Below, piece after piece: positions 26,552 to 40,821 of a DNA stretch of 52,551 nucleotides. This DNA is from Parasitella parasitica NRRL 2501 (Eukaryota > Fungi > Mucoromycota): the NCBI GenBank assembly GCA_025201805.1, contig MU619268.1:177267-229817 (forward strand). The letters run 5' to 3'. The notes under the pieces are model-generated. The model was not told where the DNA came from. It searched no databases and saw only the letters and a program-made list of their open reading frames with translations. Every line of letters starts with the position of its first letter. The stretch's first letter is position 1. The position numbers were made by a program, and so were the translations under genes.

Positions 26552-29361
26552 TCAATTTGGCATCATGAACTTGGCAAGAAGCGTAGACCTGAACAAACCG
26601 TCAGTGTCTTTTCTTTTAGGTTCAGCAGACACTTGGCCCTGCTTTCCTTGAACTTCTATGGCTTGGTGGTTTGGATGTTCGTCCACATTACAATGCTTTA
26701 GTTTGTGCTCAAGTTCATCCAAGCGCCTCTGAAGGTCCTCTTTCTCTTGCTTCATTTGAGAATATCTATGGCGCATCTCTGTCATTTCACGATCATGCAT
26801 GAGGCTGAGTTCCTCAGTTGTTGTTGTTGTTGTCGTTGTTGCCAAAGGATATGTCGCAGAACAGCATGAGGGGCTGACTTCATTTCCAACGTGGTCTAGA
26901 GGTGGCGGCCGCTGAGAAGAAAGAGGATTGAAGATATCCAAATCCAAGATCTCCAGTGCAGTGGGCCTCAGGCAAGGATCTGGATTCATCATACGTGAAA
27001 TGATATCTCGTTGAATAGGGTACAAATGACTGAAATTTTCTGGGAATATTCCAACTTTAAGCTGGTCAATTGCAATGGCTCGTTCCATGGCAGACGAAAA
27101 CGGGTTGTAGAGCTCAAATAGGATGATACCAAGGGAGTAGATGTCTGCCTTTTCATCGTAATTATACGAGGGCGTTGCCAGTTGCTCAGGTGCAGCATAC
27201 TAGGAGATGTTAAATAGCATAAATTAATATATAAACAAAACACACACTACAATAGAATAACGACATGTCTACTTACAGTGCGGGTGCCGACGCCGCTAGT
27301 TCTATTTCGTCGTAAACGAGGCCGTGCCTTGTCTTTAAAAGAACCAGTGGCATAAAGTGACAGGGTGCTGTCTGAATGACTACTACTACTGCCGCCACCA
27401 TGCAGATGGTGGTGATGGTGACGATGGGAATGCGAATGAGAAGTGGTAAAGAGCTCAGTGATACTGCTGCTGCTGTTTGATTGCTGGCTTTCGAACGTAG
27501 ATGCTAAATGCTCACTTTCATCGTCCATGGTTTCGTCGCCTTCATCTTCACCATGCAAGACACTTGCTGCCAGGCCAAAATCGCCAATCTTTGGTACCAA
27601 TACCTCACTACAACAGTTGCAGTGCATTGCATCCGAAAAGCTGCTACTACCAGCAGCAGTTCGGCGACGGTAACGATGGTCTGAAACAGTAGCTGGCCGA
27701 GATAAAAAGATGTTGCTTGGCTTTAAATCCCGATGGATAAGTCCCTGTTGGTGGATGTAGGCACAGCCTTGCAGGATTTGGCTAAACAAGTCCAGATTTT
27801 GTTGGTCGTCAAAATACTCGCTGGTATTTTGGTTGCGAAATTTTATATATTCATGCAAGGTACCTTGGAGGGGCCGGAAAACAATTAGTGCTCTGAAGAA
27901 AGAAAGAAAGAAAGAAAAAAAAAAAAAAACTCACTAGGACAAAGCTGCATTTGGATAAACAGGATAAAGCCGCCTTTCTCCTTGTCGTTCTCTTGCTTTT
28001 GCTTGGCGCTATTGTTACGACATGATTTTCGCACCGTAGAGTTGGAGGACGATGCACAAAGCAGCAAATTATCTGACTCAGAGGGCTCATTATCGCTTGT
28101 TCCAAAATTAATATAGGATAGCTCCTCAAGCGTTGCGGGTTGATTATTGTTCAATGAGTCTTCTCCGCTTAGTTCAAATGTAGGGTCTTGGCCATTGAAA
28201 ATGCTCAGGTTGTCATCATCGTCGTCATTTGATGCGGAGGCACTTGACAGCCACAAGTCCTCTTCTTCGTCGCCATCATCGTATCCATGATTCTCCTCCA
28301 TTGAGGCAGCATATTCCAGCCACGACGAATAATATCTTACCACGTTGTGATGTTCTAAACGAGCCAAGTTTTTAATTTCCCTAAAGATTTTGTCATAGCC
28401 TTCATCCTCCTCTCGGTCTAATAGGCGAATCTTTTTGACGGCATATTCAATGTCGTCCAATTTATTGCGTGCTCTCCAAGCACTAGCAAAACCGCCACGA
28501 CCCAGCATTCCAACCTGTACAAAATCATTATTGTACCTTGATTGCTGAATACTAAGAGAGTATTTGAGGGGACGAGATATTTCGTCAGTTTCTTCATTTG
28601 AAGACGAGGACGACGCTGACAAGGATTCGATCCTCTCCTTCAGTATCTCTTGTTGCTGAGCAAAGGTGAGGAGCTTTGGTTGTTTTCCTAGACGCAAGTC
28701 CTGTTGCCTCACAGTCTGAGCAGCAGTGTAGAATAGCTGTTCAAACGCTTTATGATACGCAGATCGAACGCCAGCTACTTCATCAATAAATTCAGAATCA
28801 ATGAATCCCAAAGAACTGAGAGTCTGGCAGATCATTAGAAATATTTTACGTGTTGATTCTGGAGAATCGCCGTAGGTCTGACATAATGACTCGATTAAAG
28901 AGACCAAGAGTAACTTTGTCTGCCGTTTACTTGACGCATCATTAAAAGGATTCCTCGTTACAGCTAAAGTATCGTCATGACGGTGATGCTGCTGCTGCTG
29001 CTGCTGCTGCTGACGGCGATGTTTATTGTTGGATGGCAGCGATTCCTTTTTTTTGGCGTAGAAAAACGACACATCTAAGTTTGAAGGAAAACAGCTTCTT
29101 TCGTTAACGAGAGGAACCAATGTGCAAAATCTTGTACAAGAACAAACCTTGATCCATAAAGTCATTACTGTTCTCAGTGTAGCTCTCGTCTGCTGGGTCT
29201 TCAGGCGTGCTATGGCGATAACGATGGTGCGGTCTTTTCCATAGTTTTCCAGAGCACTCTGCAGTTCCAGTAAAAGATGAACAAGACGACGATGAGCTGC
29301 TTGAACGGCTTGAATCAGATTCAAATGCAGTGTCTGTTTTGGTTTTATCAAGTGCTTTCAT
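26552..29361 (-). CDS. eIF2alpha kinase, HRI-like; 4 exons
   Basis: SRYNNDF...LGRGGF, YAVKKI, acidic kinase insert, FIQMQLC, HRDLKPSNIF, KIGDFGLA, GVGTRTYAAPEQL and a C-terminal coiled coil. No HisRS-like domain or TM segment, so it is not GCN2 or PERK. Confidence 0.9.
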
Positions 29362-29365
29362 TATT

Positions 29366-29401
29366 TTACAATGTTGAAGGAGAGATGAGGGTATATGACA
29401 T
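29366..29401 (-). promoter_or_regulatory. Candidate uORF (MSYTLISPSTL*) ending 4 nt before the eIF2alpha kinase ATG
   Basis: An ATG...TAA of 12 codons lying between a TATAAA (29468-29473, minus strand) and the main ATG at 29361. Confidence 0.4.
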
Positions 29402-29785
29402 TTAGTGAGATTTTTTTGAAAAGTTAATAGGAGGAAGAAAAAAGAAAAGAGGAAAAGAGAACAAAAATTTATAGAAATTCATTAATACTTCATGTGAGTG
29501 GATGGTGATTTGCGGGTACATACACACACTCTCTGAAAGAAACTCAACCTGCACAAAATGTCATCATTTCTTACGCCCGAACGGATCCGTTTAGAGTAAC
29601 GATTCAGCCCTACAGACGATTGTTGTTTTCCTTGCAGAAAACAAAAAAAAAAAAAATAGTAGAATGTGTTATTAAATGTCAAAATTCTTCCTACTTTATT
29701 TGTTTCATTAGCTATTATTGAAATTCTTGAAAAGTTCTATCTTTTTTTTTTGTATTGTTTTTTTTTGGCCATTTTATTATTATCA

Positions 29786-31318
29786 TTATTCTTCAAGTTT
29801 AGATACACGGTTATTTGGTCGATGCATTTCAATGGTTTCGATAGGCTGAAATAAAGCAGGTTCAGGCAGTGATAGACCACTATTATTACGCAACAAATTT
29901 ACATCAAAAAAAGGGGTGTGCAATGTGGGCGACGTGGGCGAGTCAGATTCATGATAATCGTATGCACCTCTCATCATACTAGCGGTTCTTCTTGGTATGT
30001 TGCCATGATGTGTTAGTTCTGAGCTTGGCAGTGTGCTTGTGTTTGTGCGCTGAGTCAGGGATCTCTTGAGGTTTTCACGGATTTGTTGCATGTTCAAATG
30101 TTCCGGGCTGCCGTCTTCAACAAGCGTCTTGTTGGTTGCGTTTTGCTCTGGTAGTAGCAATTGCTCTAGTAGCTCTTCAGGAGCAGGAGCAACGCAAACC
30201 ACTGGAAACACACCTTTTAAGCCTGTCGTTACATTGAATCCAAGTGCCCACCCGTCGTCAAAGTTCATAGCAACACACACGATATCGCCCACACGTAGTC
30301 CCAACTCATCTCCCATTTGTGGCGGATAGGGATGTTTTACTTGAAAAAATTCGTCAAGCACAGGCTGAACAGAATTTGGTGCAGTGCTGACGGGTGGCGG
30401 TGCTACATTTGTATTGATAGATGAGGGCGGTGGTGTCATTGACTTTGGCTGGTTCGAGTGAGTGAGTCCCTGTTGGGATCCCAGCGATTCATATCCTAGC
30501 GCACTCGAGCTGTCGTGGGCCTCGTGCTTCTGAGCCTTACTATTCATCATAAATCCATTGTATCGCTGGTGCTTGCTCTTTTTGCAACAAAAACAAAACA
30601 CAAAAGCACCAGCCAAGCCTGCAAATACCAAACAACCGATTATAATGCCTATAATGGCACCCACTGAAACAGATCGACACCCACTTGCTGACTCGCAACA
30701 CGTATCAGTGCCGTTCAACTTGCAATAAGCGCATGCCTGAGAAGCTGATCCAAATCCACAGTTATCGGGCTCGTTGGCCACACCAATAATACAATTATAC
30801 GTTCCGTTCAGTCCACTCCAATATATACAAGATGAATTTAGATTTTCCAGTTGACTGGATTGCTCCACTTGATTGGGACACACGTCTATGTTCCCTGTAA
30901 TTTCCTTGACACTGGCAGTGTAATCAAAGCAGGTCGACTGGCACAATGGCGGCGGTGATAGATTATATTGATAGTTGCATGGTAATGAGTAGGAAGTGTC
31001 TTGGATAAGAGTGGCGCACATGTAGCTAAGTGAATAGCGTGCATAGGGTATCGTGGATGTGTTCTCGGCTTTGTTGGTGCAGCCTAATGATGATAAATAC
31101 AGATCCGGGGATTTGACGTAGTTTCTCAGTGCTGTATCAAACGAGCTTACATCTGTCACATTGGCAAGGAACTGGTATCGACTTGTGCTTATATAAAAGG
31201 TCTGGAAAGCACCGCATGCTGTTGAGCCCTTTAGTGATAAACAACTCAGACTGTCGCCTTCCTGTGCTAGGCTTGTCGCTGCAAATAACAGTAATACAGT
31301 TGCCGCTGATGTTTTCAT
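29786..31318 (-). CDS. Single-pass receptor-like protein: signal peptide, Cys-rich ectodomain, TM, cytoplasmic SH3 domain; intronless
   Basis: Signal peptide MKTSAATVLLLFAATSLA, about 15 extracellular Cys, TM GAIIGIIIGCLVFAGLAGAFVFCF, SH3 VKHPYPPQMGDEL...DDGWALG...GVFPVVCV. Confidence 0.9.
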   Translation of the reverse strand: MKTSAATVLLLFAATSLAQEGDSLSCLSLKGSTACGAFQTFYISTSRYQFLANVTDVSSFDTALRNYVKSPDLYLSSLGCTNKAENTSTIPYARYSLSYMCATLIQDTSYSLPCNYQYNLSPPPLCQSTCFDYTASVKEITGNIDVCPNQVEQSSQLENLNSSCIYWSGLNGTYNCIIGVANEPDNCGFGSASQACAYCKLNGTDTCCESASGCRSVSVGAIIGIIIGCLVFAGLAGAFVFCFCCKKSKHQRYNGFMMNSKAQKHEAHDSSSALGYESLGSQQGLTHSNQPKSMTPPPSSINTNVAPPPVSTAPNSVQPVLDEFFQVKHPYPPQMGDELGLRVGDIVCVAMNFDDGWALGFNVTTGLKGVFPVVCVAPAPEELLEQLLLPEQNATNKTLVEDGSPEHLNMQQIRENLKRSLTQRTNTSTLPSSELTHHGNIPRRTASMMRGAYDYHESDSPTSPTLHTPFFDVNLLRNNSGLSLPEPALFQPIETIEMHRPNNRVSKLEE

Positions 31319-31407
31319 TCTTTGTAATTCGAAACGTTTAGCGAATGTCCTTTGTGAAAGAACAAGAAAAGAGAGAGGGAGGAGATAGAAAGACAAGAAT
31401 ATGTATG

Positions 31408-31438
<31 letters not shown>

Positions 31439-33381
31439 GGGCTGAATAGAAAAAAAGAAAAAAAAACAAAGGTAGCAGTAAACGATAAAAAAAGAAAAGG
31501 GGAGACGAAATAGATTCTAGTAAGAAAGTGTTGTATAATTTTTATGTGAGTTTAGAGCAATATTTTCAAAGTAAGACAAGGGTTGACCAAGCGAAATAAA
31601 TGGGCTTTATAGAAAAAAGGAAATTCAACACATCGAAAAAGGCAAAAATAAAAAAGACACTAACCGAGTCGAAAACAAAAAACGCACCTTCTGAAAGCAT
31701 ACAAGCAGCAGCAGCCATGCTCGGTCCTGTCATTAAGCAGCTCGGGCTTTGTCATCATTTATTGTTTTTGGCTTCAGAATCTACTGACAGCTTTCCTATT
31801 GCGTCTGTACATGAGTCAATGAACATCTGCAGCAAAGCGTCCGAATCCCGAGCACTGTCGCTTTAAATGCCATCCACTTCATTATTACGCTCTCCCATGA
31901 CCCGAGAGACTAGCAAGGCAGCCATAGTGACAAAGAAACCAAATGTCACTCTCCTCACTCAACCCCAGAGATATTCGAAATATCAAGGAACATCCTTCAA
32001 GAGAAAGAACGCGCAAATTTCCCGTAGTGAGTAGAGAGATAAGCAGCCTGCTTTTTGTGTGTGACACAGTAGAGACATAGAAGGCATCCAGGCTTGCTTT
32101 CCTGTTGTAAAAGTGGCGTCGATGTCGAGTGTTTATTTTTAGGACCATTATATTGGAGATATAAAATGTTTGATTTCCAAATCCCATCCGATTGAGCCAC
32201 TTTTTGTTGCATCAGCCAAGCGCATATTTTTGTGATAATATTTACATTAATTGCTTTGAGTGATTAGCAAGTTCTATCTGGCCAATTTAATCGATGCTCC
32301 GATTTTTCAAATAATGAAATGTTGTAATAAAATTATGATGTGCTTAATGATCCAATTTTCATTATTGTCAACATGAGTTGTACAACTAGCTCAAATTAAA
32401 CAAAATTACCAAAAGGGAGGCTTTTTGTGCAAATCATGCAAGTAAATCAAAACTTGCCGTCTAAATATCATCTCTTGTTTTATTTTTAGCCGTTGAAAAC
32501 AGCAACTGACGTAACTTTTTATTAACGTTTGATCAATAGCTCTACTGCTTGATTCGGCCTCTCAGATCCAAGAGTGGCGATCAGCAGAGATACTTGATTT
32601 CAAAAAAAAAAAAAAAAATGTATACACATTGCTCAAACGCCTAATTCATAAAGAACCTTTTCTTCTCTGCTTTGTTGCAGTCCCCAAAAAACACAAGCTA
32701 GGCAAGAAAGCTCACCTGGGCAACATCAAGTCAGAATATGAAGGTTGACATCAAACAGCTTCCAGCAAAGAGAAAGTCAGTGTATAAACTACTAGAAAAA
32801 ACGTGTTTGCAGACGTCTCCTAATTCTAGAAGCTTCCTATCTCGATAGAATATTTCTAACAACAGCCATATCGTCAAGAAAAGCGGATGGAGCATGGCTA
32901 CTCTATGCTTATTGACTATACATATGCGAGTTTTTTTTTTTTAAAAAAAAACAAAAAAAGTTATAGAAAGTGCTACAAGAGCCGACAGATTATCCATGTG
33001 CCAAAGTAATATTGACGCCCAAATTTGTTTACCAAATCTTTGCATATTCTCTCATGTATCTGATGTCCATCTGCTCTTTGATCAACAATACAACGAAATC
33101 ACATTCCTGCGCTTTACCGTAAATGGAATCAATCATATACCTGTATAAACCCCACATACGAATAAACACAAATATTCTGATTAAGGATAATGTATGTGAT
33201 TTTATTGATGTTATAATGTAAAAGGGTAATTAAAAGGAGGATAAAGAGGAAGAATTTATATCAAGTAAGTGGTTATTATTTGTGTTGAATAATCACAGAG
33301 TATATGATTACGGAGAATTAAGTATGTTTGGTGTGAGGGGAAATATTATTAAGTAAGTTTGTATAATAAAAGGTAAAATAA

Positions 33382-35401
<2,020 letters not shown>

Positions 35402-35725
35402 GGCTAGCGAATGTTTGTTTGAGTTCAAACAAGGTTATTTTTGAAATATACAATAACTTTTCAAGATATTATATATATACTAACAAAGAGAGAAAGAGAG
35501 GGAGAGAGAGAGAACAAGAAAAAATAAAGGGATGAATTGTTATTGGACGATTTGCTACCAGAATATCAGGTAAAACTAGACCGTTCCACCGCTTGAATGA
35601 TTGGTGAAGCTCCGAGTCAGTGGGATTGTCAAACATATAAGGCCGTCGCCTAATTTCCATCCTTTTCTTTTCTTCCTTTCCCAATTTTTTTTTTTTTTTT
35701 TTTTTACATAAAAAAGTTACAAAAT

Positions 35726-36203
35726 ATGCCATCTTCCCCCATCAATGAGGTAAGTGTTTCGAGCCATCATACCACACAACTATCACTCACACAGTAGTCA
35801 GTCTCAATATCGATTTCCCCGCAGAGTAAGCTTTGACTTGAGCCACAATACAGTCCATCTTTTGCCCACATTAGAGCAATGTCGCGATGCCGCCAAGCAA
35901 AGAAGCCGTGAAGATTGGCAGCGTAAAACACTCAACGAAGACATGTTGAGCGAAGACATTATCGTAGAAATTCAAGAAGATTGTTCTGCCGGTTCCCGTG
36001 ATTCTGATGAGGAAAACGAATCTGTTCATTATGAACGTATCCCCGCAAAAAGTTGTCTCAAGAAACCACCTCAGGTAGTCGCTGCTTGTGCCGCCAGCAT
36101 TGCAAACAAGACTGGCAGCAGCAAGAAAAACCAGAAAAAGAGAAAGAGAAATCAACATGTCGCCGCCAAGCAAATTGCACAAAGCCCTATTTCTGTACAT
36201 TGA
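35726..36203 (+). CDS. Small basic protein with PP1-docking motifs (putative PP1 regulatory subunit)
   Basis: MPSSPINE|SQYRFPRRVSFDLSHNTVHLLP (intron 35750-35801, GTAAGT...CAG), KSCLKK, and an NLS-like KKNQKKRKR. Confidence 0.7.
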
Positions 36204-36952
36204 ATCCATGCTGAAAAAAGGCGCCAAATACACTTTGAGCAACGGCAGCAACAACGCTTGCTGCGAGATGGATCCAATCTACTAATAAGTTGCATGGATC
36301 GAATCGCCTTGCCATTATTTATAATCGCATTTTCAGGTTTCCGTAGAAAGAAGAAGAAGCGCAAAAAGAAAACGATAAACAACATTTTCCTGCTGCCCCA
36401 CCCTCACCCCACTCTTTTATCATCTGCCATGATTACATCTACAAGTCTTGCACTTTTATGCACCCTTTTATTTTGTTCTCACATTTGTTTTATAACAAAA
36501 TAAACTATCCTCCCCCTTTTGTGTGGGAATCCTCTGGAACAATTCGAATGCAAAATGGCGTTTTTTTTTTTTTTCTTTTTTCAGCAAACGGAAGAGACCT
36601 GATTTTCTAAATCAGACAAGAGCTAATAATGACTCATAAGTTATCACCATACATGTTTGAAAATCACTTTGTCATTTTTCAAGGAANNNNNNNNNNNNNN
36701 NNNNNNNNNNNNNNNNNNNNNNNNNNNNNNNNNNNNNNNNNNNNNNNNNNNNNNNNNNNNNNNNNNNNNNNNNNNNNNNNNNNNNNNNNNNNNNNNNNNN
36801 NNNNNNNNNNNNNNNNNNNNNNNNNNNNNNNNNNNNNNNNNNNNNNNNNNNNNNNNNNNNNNNNNNNNNNNNNNNNNNNNNNNNNNNNNNNAAAAAAAAA
36901 AAAAGCATGCATTATTATCTAGACGATTTCCCATTCAAACAGTAGCAGAAGA

Positions 36953-38274
36953 ATGCTGTCTACACTGAAATATGCAGTGCCAAAACGAACCATGGCTACC
37001 ACAGCTTTTCCATACCCTAGAGTACATGTTCCTGTCATGCTACAACAAGTAATAACTCATTTAAAACCAAAAAATGACGAAATCTATTGTGATATGACAT
37101 TTGGTGAGGGTGGTTATACCAAGGCGTTATTAGGTAAGCTTACATACGACACTATTATCGCTTGGATACAATCAACTAAAAACAAGGACATTAGATTCTT
37201 GTGATAATTGCAAGGTAGTTGCTGTAGATCAAGACCCCACTGCATATGCGAAAGCTCTCCAATTAGCCGAATTGAAGCCGTACAAGAATCGGTTATTTCC
37301 ATTACTAGCGAAATTCGGTAACATCTATGAGCAAATCGAATCTGAATTCGACTGGGAGTATGCAAACATTATGAAAACCGTTGATCTATACAAACGCTGA
37401 TCCTTTTGTAATCATTCATAGGATTCCTTGTTTTGATGGCATCGTGATGGATATTGGTGTTTCCAGTGGTCAAATCGAAATCGCAGAGCGTGGATTCTCA
37501 TATAAATTAGACGGTCCTCTGGATATGCGAATGTTTTCTCGAGGACGCAATGCAGCAACAGAATACGAAAATGAAACTCACCTGATGAGAAAATCAATTT
37601 CTGCATACGAGATTGTAAATTTCTTTTCAAGAGAACAAATAGCAGACATTATATACCAATACGGTGGTGAACGATTATCTCGAAAGATTGCTGCTGCCAT
37701 TGTCACTGCCAGGCAGTCGGGCCCCATTGAAACGACATCATCATTAGCGACAGTTATTCAAAAAGCGTGTCCTCAGCCTAGATGGCAGCGTGGAAACGAC
37801 GATATGGTACGAAACTCGGCGGCACGCACTTTTCAGGCGCTAAGGATATACATTAATAACGAGCTGGGCGAATTAGAGAAAGCATTGAGCGCAAGTGAAT
37901 ACTTGATGAAGCCAGAGGGGCGTCTCGCCGTAGTTACTTTTCATTCATTAGAGGACCGAATCGTTAAAAACTTCATGTACCATTGTGCGGGAAAACGATT
38001 GATGGAAGAAGCTGAACAAAATCAATTCAGCCTCAAGAGAGCTGCAAGTAGAGAATACAGAAAAGCTATAAAGCAAGGCATGGATGCCAGCCATAAACAA
38101 GTAGTAGAGAAGCCGGATAAAGTAGTCCCCTCTTTTGAAATTTGCACAAAGCATGTTATTCAACCCTCAGAAGAAGAAGTTGAGGAAAATTCAAAAAGCA
38201 GATCAGCAAAATTGAGAGTCGCTAAACGCACTGCTGCAGAGCCCCTCGAACCGTTTGGCGGATTAGCTTATTAG
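36953..38274 (+). CDS. METTL15: Mitochondrial 12S/16S rRNA m4C methyltransferase (RsmH/METTL15); 3 exons
   Basis: HVPVML, DMTFGEGGY, DIGVSS.Q...RGFS..DGPLDMRM, RTFQALRIYINNEL, FHSLEDR, RSAKLR; presequence-like N-terminus. Confidence 0.95.
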
Positions 38275-38369
38275 CTTCCATTGTAATTATAGGATTAAAA
38301 ACTGCTCTGTAATAGCAAGAGAAATATATATATATTTATATAGATAGATCAACAATCAACAACCAACGT

Positions 38370-39130
38370 TGAGGGAAAATTACTGTCTTGAGAACTGCTC
38401 TATTTGGTAAGATGACGAGCATGTGTATATTATCTTTTCATTATTTTCTGGCTTACCACCGAATTCTTGACAATAATTAATCAACTGGGACGTAATTGTT
38501 ATATTCCTACTGACAATGAGATTCAAAATAAATTGTCAAGCATTTACGTTACACATTTTTTTATGCAATATTTACAGCTCTGAGTTATCAAGGGCTTTAA
38601 GCAAGAGGTGTCATAGATTGGCGAAGCGATGGCGCTTAAATAACTCGACAAGACTAAACAGAAGTTTGAATAGCTATTGATGTGATATTGCTACATGTGG
38701 CATTTAATACCCCGTCTTTTCTTTTCAAGCCAACAACAATCGTGCGTCTTTCATAAAACGATGTTGACTATCCTGGGTGGGGAGAAAATTGGTACAAATT
38801 GTAAGTAAAACACCTTCTGTGATTGATATTTATATTGCTTAGATATAAAGCAAATATAGTGAGTATCCGCAGGTATATACCGATCTAGAAAAATCGACTG
38901 AATTAATTTTCAAGAATTCAAATTGATTTGCAACGAGAATATGTGTCAATTGATCGATCAAGTAACCTTTCCATATAAATTATGTTAAATTATTAATTCA
39001 ATTTACCAACTACATTAATAAACACGATCTGTGTACCTGTGATTTCTACAGCCGATAATTACTTGATATAAAATAAGTATACATTATTTTCTTCTTTGAA
39101 ATCAATCAAAATATATTCTATGTACAATGA
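38370..39130 (+). pseudogene. Possible decayed pyroglutamyl-peptidase I (peptidase C15) gene
   Basis: Fragments in the expected order: KITVLRTALF|GT, NWDV, LSYQG, DVILLHVAF (38679), DVD, YPQVYTDL, CDFYS (39038). Residual splice signals; many stops. Confidence 0.3.
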
Positions 39131-39726
39131 AATATGCATTGCCGTCTTTAGCAATGGCATCTAAACATGCGTAACAAAAGGAATGAAAGATATAAGCATA
39201 CACATGCATTGGTAATTTGGCTTACAGAAAATAACAGGACATTATCATGTACAATATTGAGATTAGACGTAGTTCTCATATCCCACGCAACCCAGAAAAA
39301 AAAAATCGTGAAAATGTCACAAGTGCAAAAGTCTTCCGAGTGTTCTATACAGATATATTGCTTCCCATTTAGACAATGCTAGATTTCATTCAAGGAATGG
39401 GGAAGAAGGATTTTCGCTGCTTTCAAAAGATGAATATCCGCGGATAGACGGCAGTTGCTCTAGTGAATGTATACATTTATATAAACTTTCATTCGAATGT
39501 GAGTCAAAAGAAAAGATTATTTGGCCCTTTTAGACTGTGCTACAGCTGAACCTTAATTATGAATATAGACTAAATGAAGGATGCCTATCCATCGTGAAAA
39601 AGCTGCACAAGTTGACTTGCTTCAGTGAGTTACCCCACATTGCTCATCAATTTAAATCAAATTGCTTGATTTATATTTGCTTGTTCTTTTTTCTTTCTTT
39701 TATTCTTTTCTTTTTTGGATTTCAAC

Positions 39727-40712
39727 ATGAGACCTGCCTGTGTAATTTTGATAATATACACAGTAGCTCTGCTATTTCATACTACTGCAGCCGACATCCA
39801 TGAAAAGACAGAACTAGCAAACCAGCAGCAGAATGATGATGACACCTCTTTATTACGGGATGTAGAAAATGTCATTGATGAAGATTTCGAGGATGATGCT
39901 TACCGAGTATTGAAAAGCCTACAGTATGTCGAAGATGAAGACGAGGATTTCAATTCAGAAGATAATGATGATGAAGACAGTGACATTGTATTTGAAGATG
40001 AAGAGCAAGATGATGATGAGTTTTCTACTGATTTGCCTGAATTCAAAAACAAAGAGACAGCAGAATTTTTTGAACATCTCCCACAGCAACCTATCGACAA
40101 TGGCGACAATAAATCAAGTGTTGTTGAAGACAATATCGAAGTAGAGGAGGTGGACGATGAATTAGATGGACTAGCCCCTAAATCTGACATTGGGGAGGAA
40201 GACGATGAAGAAGAAGACGATGAAGATCAGCAACCCGAAAACTACACTCCTTCTCCTGTTTTACCACCCATCGTGAGTGGACATATACCCTGGCAGAGAC
40301 CTGAGCCTGTGGTGAAAGATGATAGTAACTCCAATTTCTACCAAGATGTCACTTATAAAGAATCCGAGAAACTGAAGCAATCCACATACACAAGCAGCTT
40401 TCGATTTTGGTATATATTTTTTATTCTCTTGTTCCTGGCGATCGTTTATAAATCATTCACAAAGCGAAAGGTGTGTATTGAAACTTGAACAGGATACACA
40501 CATTCGTTCTCTAACTTGTGGTATTTAGCCAAAAAATTTCATTGAATTACCTTCCTCTTCCTCGTCTTTATCGTGGAATCGTAACGATGAAAAAGACTAT
40601 TTACCGGTAAGTAACCTTTATGAGGAAATGATCTTGTTGACCAACCATTTATTAGTTACACAGCAACAATAAGCGAAATAGCTACTACAAATATGAGGTG
40701 AAAAGCTCTTGA
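39727..40712 (+). CDS. Type I membrane protein with a highly acidic lumenal/extracellular domain; 3 exons
   Basis: Signal peptide MRPACVILIIYTVALLFHTTAA, D/E-rich body, TM FWYIFFILLFLAIVY, spliced tail ...EKDYLP|LHSNNKRNSYYKYEVKSS*. Confidence 0.8.
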
Positions 40713-40821
40713 CCATCAAACAGATGTGCACTGCCACAATGATATCCCTCAACCAATTAAAATAAAAACACATTCAAAAGTTATATCTTTTCTACTTTTT
40801 TATTTTTTATATCTTTTTATT

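Noticed and set aside
31880-33150. Hidden gene or TE in the long intergenic region (including an FLDD string)
   Set aside because: No ordered motif set, splice-consistent ORF or terminal repeats could be recognised.
36629-36637. ATGACTCAT and other TGASTCA sites as evidence of a Gcn4 regulon
   Set aside because: Several such 7-9-mers are expected by chance in 52 kb of AT-rich DNA, and one lies in an intron (~47103).
36629-36968. ORFs containing X runs
   Set aside because: Artefacts of translating through the N-gap.
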